Assembly (NCBI GenBank): GCA_965220955.1
Contig: CBDCRK010000039.1
Location: 4,694-68,693, forward strand
Direction: 5' to 3'
From: an uncultured Candidatus Binatia bacterium
GTDB lineage: Bacteria; Desulfobacterota; Binatia; Bin18; CBDCRK01
DNA: 64,000 nucleotides
Both the position numbers and the translations under genes were made by a program. Position 1 is the stretch's first letter. Each line of letters opens with the position of its first letter. The notes under the pieces are model-generated. The model ran no database searches and was not told where the DNA came from. It was given only the letters and a program-made list of their open reading frames with translations. Below, in pieces: positions 30,264-40,106 of the stretch.

Positions 30264-30584
30264 CTAGGCAGCTTTCGTCTCTGGGGGCTTGACCTCCACG
30301 GAGAGCTTCAGCCCGACGCTCTCCAACACAGCCTCAAGGGTGGAAAAGCGAGGATTGCCCTTGCGGGACAGCGTTCGGTACAAGCTCTCACGGCTCAGTT
30401 GCGTATCCAGAGCGATCTGTCTGATGCCTCGGGCCTTTGCGACATCGCGGAGAGCCAATAGGAAGACTTCTGACTCCTTGTCGGATTCGTCCTCTAGGGC
30501 AGCGTTCAAATAAGCCGCGGCTTCTTCAGGATCTTGGAGATCCTGATAGAGGATGTCTTCGTACGGAACGATTCGCTTTGCCAT
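30264..30584 (-). CDS. Addiction module antidote protein (HigA-like HTH)
   Basis: AAAYLNAALE, LALRDVAKARG, LSRESLYRTLS, GNPRFSTL. Confidence 0.9.
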   Translation of the reverse strand: MAKRIVPYEDILYQDLQDPEEAAAYLNAALEDESDKESEVFLLALRDVAKARGIRQIALDTQLSRESLYRTLSRKGNPRFSTLEAVLESVGLKLSVEVKPPETKAA

Positions 30585-30588
30585 ACGC

Positions 30589-30921
30589 TTATCTCCCAAT
30601 ATGATCAGCCCAATACTCTCGGGCCTTTTTGATATCTGCCGCTTGGGTCCGTTTAGTTCCTCCACACAAGAGGGGGATTAAACGGGAGCCGTCTTGTCCG
30701 ATATACACCCGGTATCCCGGGCCGATATCTACGCGTAGCTCTAACACCCCGCGGCCGACAGATTTGTGATCTCCCAGGTTGCCTAGGCGGAGCCGTGCTA
30801 TCCTAACGCGAATACTATTTCGCGCTTTCCGGTCTGTCAGCTGACGTAACCAATCCGCAAATGGGGTACTACCATCGGCTGCCACGTATGCTACGACTCG
30901 CCGATATCGCGCCTCAGACAT
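30589..30921 (-). CDS. RelE/ParE family toxin (addiction module killer protein)
   Basis: PFADWL, RLRLGNLGDHKSVG, ELRVDIGPGYRVY, LLCGGTK; upstream GTAGC-N6-GCTAC palindrome at 30930-30945. Confidence 0.92.
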   Translation of the reverse strand: MSEARYRRVVAYVAADGSTPFADWLRQLTDRKARNSIRVRIARLRLGNLGDHKSVGRGVLELRVDIGPGYRVYIGQDGSRLIPLLCGGTKRTQAADIKKAREYWADHIGR

Positions 30922-31068
30922 ACCTTATGGTAGCGTATAGGCTACTTTTCTGCAACACTTTGACAATTAGGCTGGGGAAGGCCGTAGGTATCCTGCGTGA
31001 AGTGCCCTTGCGACCTGAAAACGACCCATCCGATCGGTTAAGTTCAGTACCCAGAATCTCAAGGAACG

Positions 31069-31350
31069 TCAGCGGTAGAACTCCACATAGAAGCGAACGC
31101 TGCCGATGGCTTCGACCTCATGTGGAACTTCGGGCTCTACCACCCCGTACTTGTCCGAGCAGAGTTCGATCTCCTCAATCTCTGGCTCAAGGATGCGGTA
31201 TCGCAGCTTCCCCTCCAAAACGACGATCTTTGCCCAGGTCCCAGCCTTGGTTCGGTGGGATTCCAGCAGGTTGTTCGGTATCGTTTCTTCGGTGAATTCG
31301 GAGGTTTTGGCATAATCCGAAACCTCTGCGGGGAGTGTTTTCATAGCCAC
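31069..31350 (-). CDS. DUF1971 (YeaR/TehB N-terminal-like cupin) protein
   Basis: FTEETIP, HRTKAGTW, VLEGKL, PHEV, FYVEFY. Confidence 0.85.
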   Translation of the reverse strand: MAMKTLPAEVSDYAKTSEFTEETIPNNLLESHRTKAGTWAKIVVLEGKLRYRILEPEIEEIELCSDKYGVVEPEVPHEVEAIGSVRFYVEFYR

Positions 31351-31371
31351 ATCTCCATTACATATTCAGCC

Positions 31372-31821
31372 TTACGACGACACCCCCGCTTTGACGACCA
31401 GTGAGGCGTAGCTGACCCCGTCGCCATTATCCGTACTAATCGGCAGCCCCGCATCACGCCAGCCCACCACTGCCCGCCCGGCCGGGTTCTGCCCACCACC
31501 AAATCCGCCCTGCATATTTGTCACATCGCTGTAGCCGGCCTGCTCCATGATCTCGGCGGCGTGTTGGGAACGTCCCCCCGCCTGGCAGCCGACAATCACC
31601 GCCACTCCTTTGGCAATATTGGCCTCGACAACCGCCTGAAAATGCGGATTCGGACTGGGTTGGCGGGTGGCCAGATCAAAAAAGATGACCGGAATATTAA
31701 TCGCGTCCTCGGGATGACCGGCGGTAAATTCGGCCTCGGTGCGTACGTCAAGATAGATGACCGACGGATCACTGCTCAGGGTCTGGTGGGCTTGGGGCGG
31801 GGTAGTTTGTTTGACTGGCAT
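31372..31821 (-). CDS. Rhodanese-like domain protein
   Basis: YLDVRTEAEF, GHP, CQAGGRS active-site loop. Confidence 0.88.
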   Translation of the reverse strand: MPVKQTTPPQAHQTLSSDPSVIYLDVRTEAEFTAGHPEDAINIPVIFFDLATRQPSPNPHFQAVVEANIAKGVAVIVGCQAGGRSQHAAEIMEQAGYSDVTNMQGGFGGGQNPAGRAVVGWRDAGLPISTDNGDGVSYASLVVKAGVSS

Positions 31822-31954
31822 ACACGACTCCTCTCTTTCGTTAGCAACCAGAATTTTATATAGAACCAGAGCCAGCCAGAATATGTTCGGTGATCCTGTA
31901 CGCCCAGTCAAGCGGGGAAGCGGTAGGAACACCGAGGCACAAAAGGAGAACACA

Positions 31955-32747
31955 ATGGGAGACGCCGTAGTGTTAGAACGTCAAGGCCGCGTTGCCACAA
32001 TTACCCTCAACCGCCCCGAGCAGTTCAACGTCATGAACACCGAACTGTCGATTGGCTTACGCCAGTCTCTCCAGGAGTGCGCCGATGATACGGAGGTCCG
32101 GGCTGTTATTCTGACCGGCAACGGTCGGGCCTTTAGCGGTGGAGGGGATATCAAGTTTTTTGTCAGTGAGCTGCAAACCCAAACCATCGGACCCAGCTTT
32201 GAAAAGATGATGCCCAATGCTGCACGCGGCGATTTCTCTGGTCCGCGAAATGCAAAAGCCAGTGATTGCCGCCCTCAACGGCGTGGCGGCAGGCGGAGGG
32301 CTGGGTTTGGCCCTGGCCTGCGATTTTCGGATTATGTCTGCCAAGGCCAATCTGGTGACCGCCTTTGTTGGCATTGGGGCCAGTCCAGACTCTAGCTCAA
32401 CCTTCTTTTTGCCCCGCTTTGTTGGCATGGGAAAGGCAACAGAACTCTTTATGCGCAACACCCCGGTCTCGGCCCAGGAAGCGCTCGATCTGGGCTTGGC
32501 CACCGCGGTTGTCCCTCCCGAAAACGTTCTGGAAGAAGCCATGCGCCTGGCCGATGAGCTGGCCCAAGGACCGACCGCGGCATTTGGTCGGACCAAGCTG
32601 CTCTTAAATCAGAGCTTTGGCAGTTCTTTCCAAGAACAGCTCCACAGTGAAGCGCGCTCAATTACCATCTCGGCCCAGTCACCCGATTTTGCCGAGGGTG
32701 TGACGGCGTTTGTGGAAAAACGTAAGCCGAGCTTTAAGGGCAAGTAG
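31955..32747 (+). pseudogene. Enoyl-CoA hydratase/isomerase (PaaG-like), frameshifted near 32215
   Basis: N-terminal half (ITLNRPE, FSGGGD) and C-terminal half (KPVIAALNG, FVEKRKPSFKG) lie in different frames. Confidence 0.8.
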
Positions 32748-32917
32748 CCTCCTCTATGAAAGCCATTCTTTTTGCAGAACCCCGACGGCGCGTCGGTCAG
32801 GGCGATAATCCGTCCGCCGCGCGCCTTCCTCGATCGAACAGCGTGACGGCCATGGTATTGTCCGAGAATTATTATTCGACCCCTATTTCAGAATAAGGTC
32901 AGGGAGGTGGTGCGGCC

Positions 32918-33763
32918 ATGACCAGCCTACGGGTGCCCCACAAGAAAATTGGCTCCGGCGATACCTTTGAGACGCTACATCGTGGACTTGCAGTCGCCCT
33001 GATTTCGACCCAACGTGATGACTTGAAGACATGCCGTCTGAATGAATCTCTTTCCGATGTTATAAATGCTATAAAAGATCATAATGAGCGGGAGCGCTAC
33101 GACTATCTTCCTGTGACAAATGATGAAGGAGACAAAATCGTCGGGCTTTTTCATGCCGTAGATTTCGTTGATGAGTCTTCCCTTACAGGGCACGTCAAAG
33201 AGCGTTGCTGTCCGCTGTTGGAAGAGCATTTGATCGGGGCGGATGCGAGTATCCTGGACTTCATCAAAGAAGCGGATTGCAAGCCCTGCCGCCTTGTCGT
33301 TTCAGGAACAAGAATCGTCGGGCTAGTCACCCTGTCCGACCTCCAGAAACTACCCGTCCGTGCAGCCCTTTTTGCGCTCATCACCGGACTTGAAATCACG
33401 ATGTTTGAAGCGATCAAAAAAAAGTTTCCGACTGGCGAAGGCTGGTTGGATTCCCTCAGCGGCGGTCGGCAGCAGAAGATCAAAGATGAAAAAGAAAAAA
33501 GCAAGAAAGAAGATGGTTTTGTAGACGCGCTGCTATTTACTCAATTCTGTGACAAGGCGGATATACTAACAAAATCTCTTCCCTTTTCTCGCCGCAAAAA
33601 GGAACTACGCAACATTCAAAATCTCAGGGATAGTCTTGCCCATGCCAATGAGTACGCGGTAACACCGGAAGACGCGCGAAAGGTTTGGGCTGTTGTCAAA
33701 AGCCTGCTGAAACTGAGGGAAGAGATCCAGGACCAAGTCTTGAACATAGCGACCGGGTCCTAA
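32918..33763 (+). CDS. CBS-pair protein with C-terminal Swt1-like HEPN domain
   Basis: CBS motifs YDYLPV..IVGL and IVGLVTLSD; C-terminal helical domain with LE, FxD and RDSLAH (Rx4H). Confidence 0.7.
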   Translation: MTSLRVPHKKIGSGDTFETLHRGLAVALISTQRDDLKTCRLNESLSDVINAIKDHNERERYDYLPVTNDEGDKIVGLFHAVDFVDESSLTGHVKERCCPLLEEHLIGADASILDFIKEADCKPCRLVVSGTRIVGLVTLSDLQKLPVRAALFALITGLEITMFEAIKKKFPTGEGWLDSLSGGRQQKIKDEKEKSKKEDGFVDALLFTQFCDKADILTKSLPFSRRKKELRNIQNLRDSLAHANEYAVTPEDARKVWAVVKSLLKLREEIQDQVLNIATGS

Positions 33764-33862
33764 GGCGGGCGGCCGCCTTTGGAGCCGTCCGAATAGTTCA
33801 GAGCTACCTCAAGCCGAGCGCGGGAGTATTAAAAAATCGCTGGAGGCGGCTTCCTCCGCCCT

Positions 33863-35275
33863 TCAGTGATGCACCGGACACTGTCCCGCGGCCGCGTGAT
33901 GAGCCCCTAGCGCCTCGGGAGTCTGGCGCTCCACCTTCGGCACTCCGTGTCGCCGCTGATAGCTCACACGGCACGGACTGGCCGGCCACTTGGTCATGGC
34001 GCCAGACACCGGCTGGGGATTGGGATTAAGCAGGCTGAACTCATAGTGTTGCAACAACAGGCTGAGCACCACCTTCATTTCCAGATAGGCAAAATTCACT
34101 CCGGCGCAGCGGTGCACGCCGCCGCCAAAACCAATCAGGCTATGCGGGTTGCGGGACTCGTCGCGTTCCGGAGAGAAGCGCTCCGGGATGTAGCGGCCGG
34201 GCTCAGGAAAGACCTCCGGCATGCGGTGAGAAACCGACGGAGCGGCGAACACCTGGCTGCCTTTGGGCACCTGAAAACCGTTGATATCAAGGTCCTCGGC
34301 GGCGGTGCGCATCAAAATATAGGCGACCGGATGGAGCCGCTCGGTTTCTTTGACCGCCCAGTCAATGCGCGCCAGCTGACGCGCATCGGCCATCGTTAGG
34401 TCCTGGCGGTCACCGATGAGCGCGTCCTGTTCGTCAATCACGGTGTGCAGATAGTCAGAATGCTGCAACAGGTCGATCAGCGCCCAGCTAATATGACCGG
34501 CGGTTGTTTCATGACCGGCCCAGACCAGGAGCAGAATCAAATTGATGACGAGCTCCTCATCGACCGGTCTGCCGTCAGAAAAATGCGCCTCAACCAGGGT
34601 CTGCAGAAAGTCGGGCGGATCGGCCGGCTGCTGGCGGCGGGTGCGGATCAGTTGGCCTAACATGCGGTGCAACTTTCTTTTGGCCTTTTGGCTTTTGAGC
34701 AATTTGGGCAGGGGCAACCACAGCGGCAGAATGGCTTCCATGCCCCCGGAGAAGCGCCGAAAGTCGGCAAAGAATTCACCGCCCAGACGACTCCGAAAAT
34801 CCGAACCCAAAAAGGCGTGGGCGGCGATATTCATGACCACCGGGCCAAGGGTCGGAATTAAATCAAACGAACCGCTGTCACCCAGTTGGTCGATGAGATC
34901 ACGGGTCTCCTGGACCATGGTCGAGACATACTGGTTCATCTGCTGGCCCTGGAAACGGGGCAGAATAATGGCGCGTTGCTCCAGGTATTCTTCAAACTCG
35001 GCAAAGAAGTAAAACCGTTCGTGGAACATTTTGATGAAGAACGGATAGCCTTCCCGAATCGACAGCAGCTTGTCGGTTTCGGCAAAAAAGAAGCGGTTGT
35101 TTTCAGGCCCAAGGAGGATGACCGCAGGCTTGGTGCCGAGCCGTAGAGAGAACACCGAGCCGTGCTCCTGATAGCCGCGTTCCAGGAGCGGAATCGGGTC
35201 TCTGAGAAATTGGAGCGCGTGTCCAATAACCGGGGTCGAACCGCTGACTGTCGGGGGTAATGAAAGCGCTGTCAT
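33863..35275 (-). CDS. Cytochrome P450 (CYP51-like)
   Basis: AGHETT I-helix, ETER (ExxR), PERF, FGGGVHRCAG heme loop; start ATG 35275 after AGGAG. Confidence 0.92.
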   Translation of the reverse strand: MTALSLPPTVSGSTPVIGHALQFLRDPIPLLERGYQEHGSVFSLRLGTKPAVILLGPENNRFFFAETDKLLSIREGYPFFIKMFHERFYFFAEFEEYLEQRAIILPRFQGQQMNQYVSTMVQETRDLIDQLGDSGSFDLIPTLGPVVMNIAAHAFLGSDFRSRLGGEFFADFRRFSGGMEAILPLWLPLPKLLKSQKAKRKLHRMLGQLIRTRRQQPADPPDFLQTLVEAHFSDGRPVDEELVINLILLLVWAGHETTAGHISWALIDLLQHSDYLHTVIDEQDALIGDRQDLTMADARQLARIDWAVKETERLHPVAYILMRTAAEDLDINGFQVPKGSQVFAAPSVSHRMPEVFPEPGRYIPERFSPERDESRNPHSLIGFGGGVHRCAGVNFAYLEMKVVLSLLLQHYEFSLLNPNPQPVSGAMTKWPASPCRVSYQRRHGVPKVERQTPEALGAHHAAAGQCPVHH

Positions 35276-35285
35276 GGGCTTACTC

Positions 35286-36428
35286 CTATGGCTGTTGTGA
35301 GGTCCGAGACGGCAGGCGAACGGTGGCCGTGGCACGCACAGACAGCTCATCATTCTGATTTGTGGCCGTCTGGGCAATCTCGACATAGGGCGCCTGGTCT
35401 TGTTCAAAAATGCGCGTGACCTCACCGTTGATATACAGGGTGTCACCAACCGGATTATGGCGCCGAATTTCCACATGAATACGGCGCAGGAAGCCATCAT
35501 CCCCCATCCAGTCGGTCAGATGGTGGGTCATCCACGAGGTGCGCTCCGGTCCATAGTCATACGCGTCGGGCGTGCCGACCAGGGTGGCCAAGTCGCCGTC
35601 CCAGTGCACCCGCTCCGGCACATCCGGAATGCCAAAGCGATCCGGAATACCCAGGCCGGGATGTTTTTTGAGCTGCTTCCAGGCCAGACGGTTGGCCCGA
35701 ATATACAGACCACCCCAGCCCTGGGCGTAGCAGATAAAGCCCGTCACCGTCATCGGACCTTTGACCATGGTGGGCAGTTTTTCGCCGACCCGAACGTCTT
35801 CAATATAGCGTGGGGTCGCCCCCCGGATTTTTTCCTCGGCGTACTGGGCAAAGATCTGGGCAATATTGTCGCGCGAATAGCTGACGGGCTGGCGTTGTTT
35901 GACCTCGGTGTATTTGGTGCCCCGCTCGCGGGCGGTATCGCGCTCGGTCCGAAAACACCAGCTATCGCCGCTAGCCACGGGTTGCTTGTGCTGATTGTAG
36001 TACTCAACGTGGTAGACCTGCTGAATCGCCCGGCCGGCAAAGCGGGTGTCGTGCTCGATCAGGTCTTTGAGCCAGGCTTTGGTGGTAAACGCGTCGCCGC
36101 GCAGCATGGGGGTATGCCAGCTGATATCGGCCCCCGCCCACATGGCGTGCACGCCAGGCAGCCCGCCAACATAACCGCTCAGGATGCGGTTCAGAGGAAA
36201 AACAAACGACGGCGGAGCGACCAGCGTTCCGTACTGTGTTGTGACGGCATAGTCGGGGTCACACCACAGCGGGTTATCGTCACCGATGCCATGGGCGTAG
36301 TGACGAATGTTGTCGCGGGTAGCTTCGTAGCACCACGGTTCCAGCGAGTCCTCAATCGGCACCTCAATCAGCTGACGGAGGGCGGCCAGGGATTCATCGC
36401 TAATCAGGGAAAAACGTTGCTCTGCCAT
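35286..36428 (-). CDS. Double hot-dog MaoC-like dehydratase
   Basis: IRHYAHGIGDDNPLW, APPSF, EDVRVG, LTDWMGD. Confidence 0.85.
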   Translation of the reverse strand: MAEQRFSLISDESLAALRQLIEVPIEDSLEPWCYEATRDNIRHYAHGIGDDNPLWCDPDYAVTTQYGTLVAPPSFVFPLNRILSGYVGGLPGVHAMWAGADISWHTPMLRGDAFTTKAWLKDLIEHDTRFAGRAIQQVYHVEYYNQHKQPVASGDSWCFRTERDTARERGTKYTEVKQRQPVSYSRDNIAQIFAQYAEEKIRGATPRYIEDVRVGEKLPTMVKGPMTVTGFICYAQGWGGLYIRANRLAWKQLKKHPGLGIPDRFGIPDVPERVHWDGDLATLVGTPDAYDYGPERTSWMTHHLTDWMGDDGFLRRIHVEIRRHNPVGDTLYINGEVTRIFEQDQAPYVEIAQTATNQNDELSVRATATVRLPSRTSQQP

Positions 36429-36479
36429 GCGGTTTCTTTTTCCTTCCGTTGGTCTTTGTATACCAGCTTGGCCACAGCG

Positions 36480-36805
36480 TTCAAGAGCAAGTGCCGCCGG
36501 CCATCAGTACGATTTCCAGGGCGGTGTGTCCGGCGCAATGGCTGCCCTGGCCGCCTATCATCGGGCCTTGGAAACCGGCTATGGGAAACATATCGACCTG
36601 TCCACCCAGGCTTTTATCGCCGCCTTTTTAGAGCAGAATTTTGTCTACTACTCGTACAGCGAACGGATTGCCTCGCGTTTGGGAAAACGGTTGCTGTATC
36701 CGTGGGGCATCTTTGAGTGCAAAGACGGGCTAATCTTCATTGTGGCGGTCGAAGAGAACCAGTAGGAGCGGATTGTCGAACTGATGGGCAGGCCCGAGTG
36801 GTCCG
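36480..36805 (+). pseudogene. CaiB/BaiF CoA-transferase internal fragment with in-frame stop
   Basis: TGYGKHIDLS, PWGIFECKDG, EENQ*ERIVELMGRPEW. Confidence 0.75.
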
Positions 36806-36843
36806 GCTCAGTCTGGATTTTCGGCCCTCTTGAGGGGTACTTT

Positions 36844-36966
36844 TTACTGGGCCACAAACCCGCCATCGACCGGCATTTGAATCCCGGTCACAAACGACGC
36901 GGCCGCCGAACACAGCCAGACCACAGCCTGGGCAATTTCCTCTGGCTTGCCAATCCGCCCGACCGG
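36844..36966 (-). pseudogene. SDR C-terminal fragment
   Basis: [40 protein letters not shown], closely similar to the end of the SDR at 23556-24317. Confidence 0.8.
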
Positions 36967-36972
36967 CCGGCC

Positions 36973-38364
36973 TCAGCCATCAGGGCGCTCCTCGCTCGAC
37001 GCCGCCGTTTGGGCGCCGCTGCGCAGTTCCTCAATATCGTCCGGGTCGAGCATGAGCACGAACTCGGGGTAGGCTTCGATACCGAGTTCCATCGAGTCCT
37101 GGCCGATCTCTTCGACACTGCGCGAGACCCGGACCCCCAATACCTTTTCCAGGGCCAGCCACACCAACCAAGAAGTCCCGAACACGAACACACCCACCGC
37201 GAGCACTCCGAGGAGCTGTACGCCGAAGTTGCCACCAGCCGCGATACAGACCGCCAACGTTCCCCAGATACCGGCGAACAGATGGGCTGGAACCGCGCCG
37301 ACCACGTCGTCCACCTTCATGACCTCCAGCAGCTTCATGCCACCCAGGCACAGCACGCCGCCAGTCGCCCCGATGATGACCGCCCAATAATGCTCGACAA
37401 TGTCCGGTCCCGCCGTAATCGAGACGAGGCCCGCAATGGCTCCGTTGAGGACCGCGAGGAGATCGATCCGCCCGAGTAGAGGCCGTGATACAAACAGGGC
37501 GGCCACGACCCCCGCCGCTGCCGCAAGGTTCGTGTTCACGAGCACGTTGCTCATCGCCACCGCGTCGACCACGCCGGCCAGAGCGAGTTGTGAGCCACCG
37601 TTGAAGCCGAGCCACCCAAACCACAAGATGAGGACGCCTAAGGTGACTAGCGGGACGTTCGAGGGCGGCGTGGATTTGATGCTGCCATCGCGCCGAAACT
37701 TGCCTATTCTCGGCCCCACGACGATGGTGCCGGCTAGCGCGGCCCAGCCGCCGGTCGAATGGACAATGGTGGAGCCGGCGAAGTCCTGAAAACCCAGTTG
37801 ACTGAGCCAGCCTTCACCCCACGTCCAGGCGCCAATGATGGGATAGATAATTGCTGTCAAAACGGTTGTGAAAGCAAGGAACGACCACAGCTTTACCCGC
37901 TCGGCTAGGGCACCGGAAACAATCGAGGCGGCAGTCGCTACGAAGACCATCTGAAAGAACCAGTCCGACATCGTGGAGTAGCCGTTCTTGACGACGGCGG
38001 CCTTCGCTCCTTCCTGGCTGGACAACAGGGCCAGCTCATCGGCCGAAGGACCGTGGAGGAAGGTAGCGGAGCCGATCCAGGACTCTACATCAACGTACAT
38101 GAGGTTGTACCCAATGAAGTAGTAGGTCAATCCTGCGATCGAATACAGGCCGATGTTCTTGAGACAGATCACCGAGGCGTTCTTGGTGCGCACGGAGCCG
38201 GACTCCAGCATGGTGAAGCCCGCACACATCCACATAACGAGCGCCCCCCAGATGAGAAACGAGAAGGTGTTCAGGATAAACTGAGCCTCCTCGTCTATGG
38301 CTGCCTGGGCGGTGTTTGCCAGCAACACGAGGCCGAATACTGCGAGAAACGCTCCCACTGTCAC
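36973..38364 (-). CDS. amtB: Ammonium transporter (Amt family); start uncertain
   Basis: AGFTMLE, FFQMVF, SIVSGALAER, DFAGSTIVH, WFGWLGFNGGS, DDVVGAVPAH. Confidence 0.93.
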   Translation of the reverse strand: MTVGAFLAVFGLVLLANTAQAAIDEEAQFILNTFSFLIWGALVMWMCAGFTMLESGSVRTKNASVICLKNIGLYSIAGLTYYFIGYNLMYVDVESWIGSATFLHGPSADELALLSSQEGAKAAVVKNGYSTMSDWFFQMVFVATAASIVSGALAERVKLWSFLAFTTVLTAIIYPIIGAWTWGEGWLSQLGFQDFAGSTIVHSTGGWAALAGTIVVGPRIGKFRRDGSIKSTPPSNVPLVTLGVLILWFGWLGFNGGSQLALAGVVDAVAMSNVLVNTNLAAAAGVVAALFVSRPLLGRIDLLAVLNGAIAGLVSITAGPDIVEHYWAVIIGATGGVLCLGGMKLLEVMKVDDVVGAVPAHLFAGIWGTLAVCIAAGGNFGVQLLGVLAVGVFVFGTSWLVWLALEKVLGVRVSRSVEEIGQDSMELGIEAYPEFVLMLDPDDIEELRSGAQTAASSEERPDG

Positions 38365-38411
38365 GGGGCAACGGACGCTGCCACGGCGACCGCGCGTACC
38401 TGGTTCGTATC

Positions 38412-38773
38412 CGCCACGGATGACGCCTATCGTTTTTTTGCCGTACATCATTTTCTCGCCGTAGGCACCGTACTTGGCCATGACTTTCTTGTCGGGGTCG
38501 CACAACCGGGAAAACGACAATTTGTATTTGGTGACAAACTTCTGGTGTGAAGCCTCATTGTCAGGCGAGATTCCGAGCACCGTCGCGCCGTGCTGCTGAA
38601 TGTCTTGCCATACATCACGAAAAGCATGCTTCTTTGGTGCAGCCGGGTGTGTCGTCCTTGGGATAAAAGTAGACAATCACACCTTGGCCTTTGAAATCTT
38701 TGAGGGAAACCGTATTCCCGGACGGGTCTTTGAGGCGAAAGGCCGGGGCGGCTTTTCCTTCTTCAACCGGCAT
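38412..38773 (-). pseudogene. bcp: Peroxiredoxin Bcp/PrxQ, frameshifted and 3'-truncated
   Basis: ATG 38773 after AAGGAGG: [10 protein letters not shown]...[16 protein letters not shown], frameshift, then FRDVWQ...GKKTIGVIR and an abrupt break. Confidence 0.85.
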
Positions 38774-38926
38774 CGCGTTGTCCTCCTTGTCGTCTTGCGC
38801 GTTCGGACGCTAGTGCTTGTATCAGATTTTCTTCTTCCAGATCAATTGCCCGTTCCGGGTGTACGCCGAGCCAACCCAAAAGGCCAGCCGCCCGAAATCT
38901 GAATCAACGCATAACCCAGGACAAAG

Positions 38927-39226
38927 GTGTGGTTCTCTTCGCTTGAGAGTTTCGCCAAGATACTATCAGATCGAAACCGCGCACTCTTGAAGATGATTGC
39001 GGAGGAAGAGCCGGCATCGCTCGCCGAATTGTCCGAGATTTCGGGACGCGCCAAGTCAAATCTGTCCAGAACGCTCCACACCTTGGAGCAATACGGTCTT
39101 GTGCATTTGGCAAAGGGCTACAAGGGCAGGATCGCCCCGCGCGTGCCTTATTCGGATATTATTCTGGTCATACCGACCGGGGCGCCTGCCAAAGAGACGG
39201 TGCCTCCCATGGTACAACCTGATTGA
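38927..39226 (+). pseudogene. MarR-like wHTH regulator/antitoxin (HVO_A0114-like), 5'-truncated
   Basis: VWFSSLESFAKILS, SLAELSEISGRAKSNLSRTL; usual N-terminal segment absent. Confidence 0.65.
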
Positions 39227-39488
39227 CGCACCGTCGATGCGGGAGGATAGGATGGTCGAGGGTGGGGATTGACCTAGGGAATCCGGGATTCCGAAAATGG
39301 GTAAAGTCCTTGGGGATATGTTCCTGGGCTTCGGCCTAGATATACTCCAGCCGCAACTTGTCCAGCAGCAGGCTCCAGTTGGCTTTGCGGTCGGTCAGGT
39401 AGAAAAAAACATAGACGGAAAGTTGCGGTAGTACGGATCGTAGGGACGCTTGGCCATACGCCTCCCCCCACGTCAGGGCTGTTGCGGG

Positions 39489-39908
39489 CTATTCGGTGCC
39501 GGGCAGCGGTGGCATCTTTGGATAGGACGGCAAATCCGGGTCAAGTATATCCCAGGGCTGGGCGCTGGAGGTCCAGATGTTTGCGCTCGGCCGGAACCAG
39601 CTGGGATCGTCCAAAGTGCCCACCCGGATGCCCATTTTGTCGGCCAGGATGGCGGGCCGGGTAAACAGCGGCGTGCCGCACTCCGGGCAAAAGCCCTTGC
39701 GGACCGTGTTGCCGCTGTCGGCCGTGCGTTCGTGATACTTCACCTCGCCGCTGATGGTGACGGCAGCGGCCGGGACCAGCAGGCTCGACGTGTGTCCGCC
39801 ACCGCTCACCCACTGACATTCCCGGCAGTGGCAGTTGCCCATAAACAAGGGCTCGGCACTACACTCGTAACGAATCGCGCCACAGGCGCAGCCTCCAGTA
39901 AATGACAT
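39489..39908 (-). CDS. GFA family (CENP-V-like) zinc protein
   Basis: GGCACG, CHCRECQ, FCPECG, GTLDD. Confidence 0.92.
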   Translation of the reverse strand: MSFTGGCACGAIRYECSAEPLFMGNCHCRECQWVSGGGHTSSLLVPAAAVTISGEVKYHERTADSGNTVRKGFCPECGTPLFTRPAILADKMGIRVGTLDDPSWFRPSANIWTSSAQPWDILDPDLPSYPKMPPLPGTE

Positions 39909-39967
39909 AGCTATTCTCCTCTTGGTGTACTCTCCTAGCATTTTGGCCTTTGACACAAAACCCCATT

Positions 39968-39998
39968 CCCGGATTCCACTTCGTTCCATCCAGGCTAC
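39968..39998 (-). repeat. GTAG-type REP, copy 1
   Basis: Minus strand GTAGCCTGGATGGAACGAAGTGGAATCCGGG; related copy at 49335-49365. Confidence 0.7.
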
Positions 39999-40106
39999 AT
40001 TTCTATCAGCCCCCAGACACCCAACACAGGCTCCCTTGCCTGCCCAGAGCCTGATCGTTATATCTTTGCCTAATAAATAAACCAATTTGTATTGGACAGG
40101 ACTGCC

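Noticed and set aside
35400-36716. 438-aa plus-strand ORF
   Set aside because: Mostly an antisense shadow of the MaoC gene in GC-rich DNA; no motifs
36973-38676. Novel peroxiredoxin-ammonium transporter fusion protein (567-aa ORF)
   Set aside because: The Bcp part is frameshifted away from its start and catalytic Cys and is truncated; the join is an accidental junction
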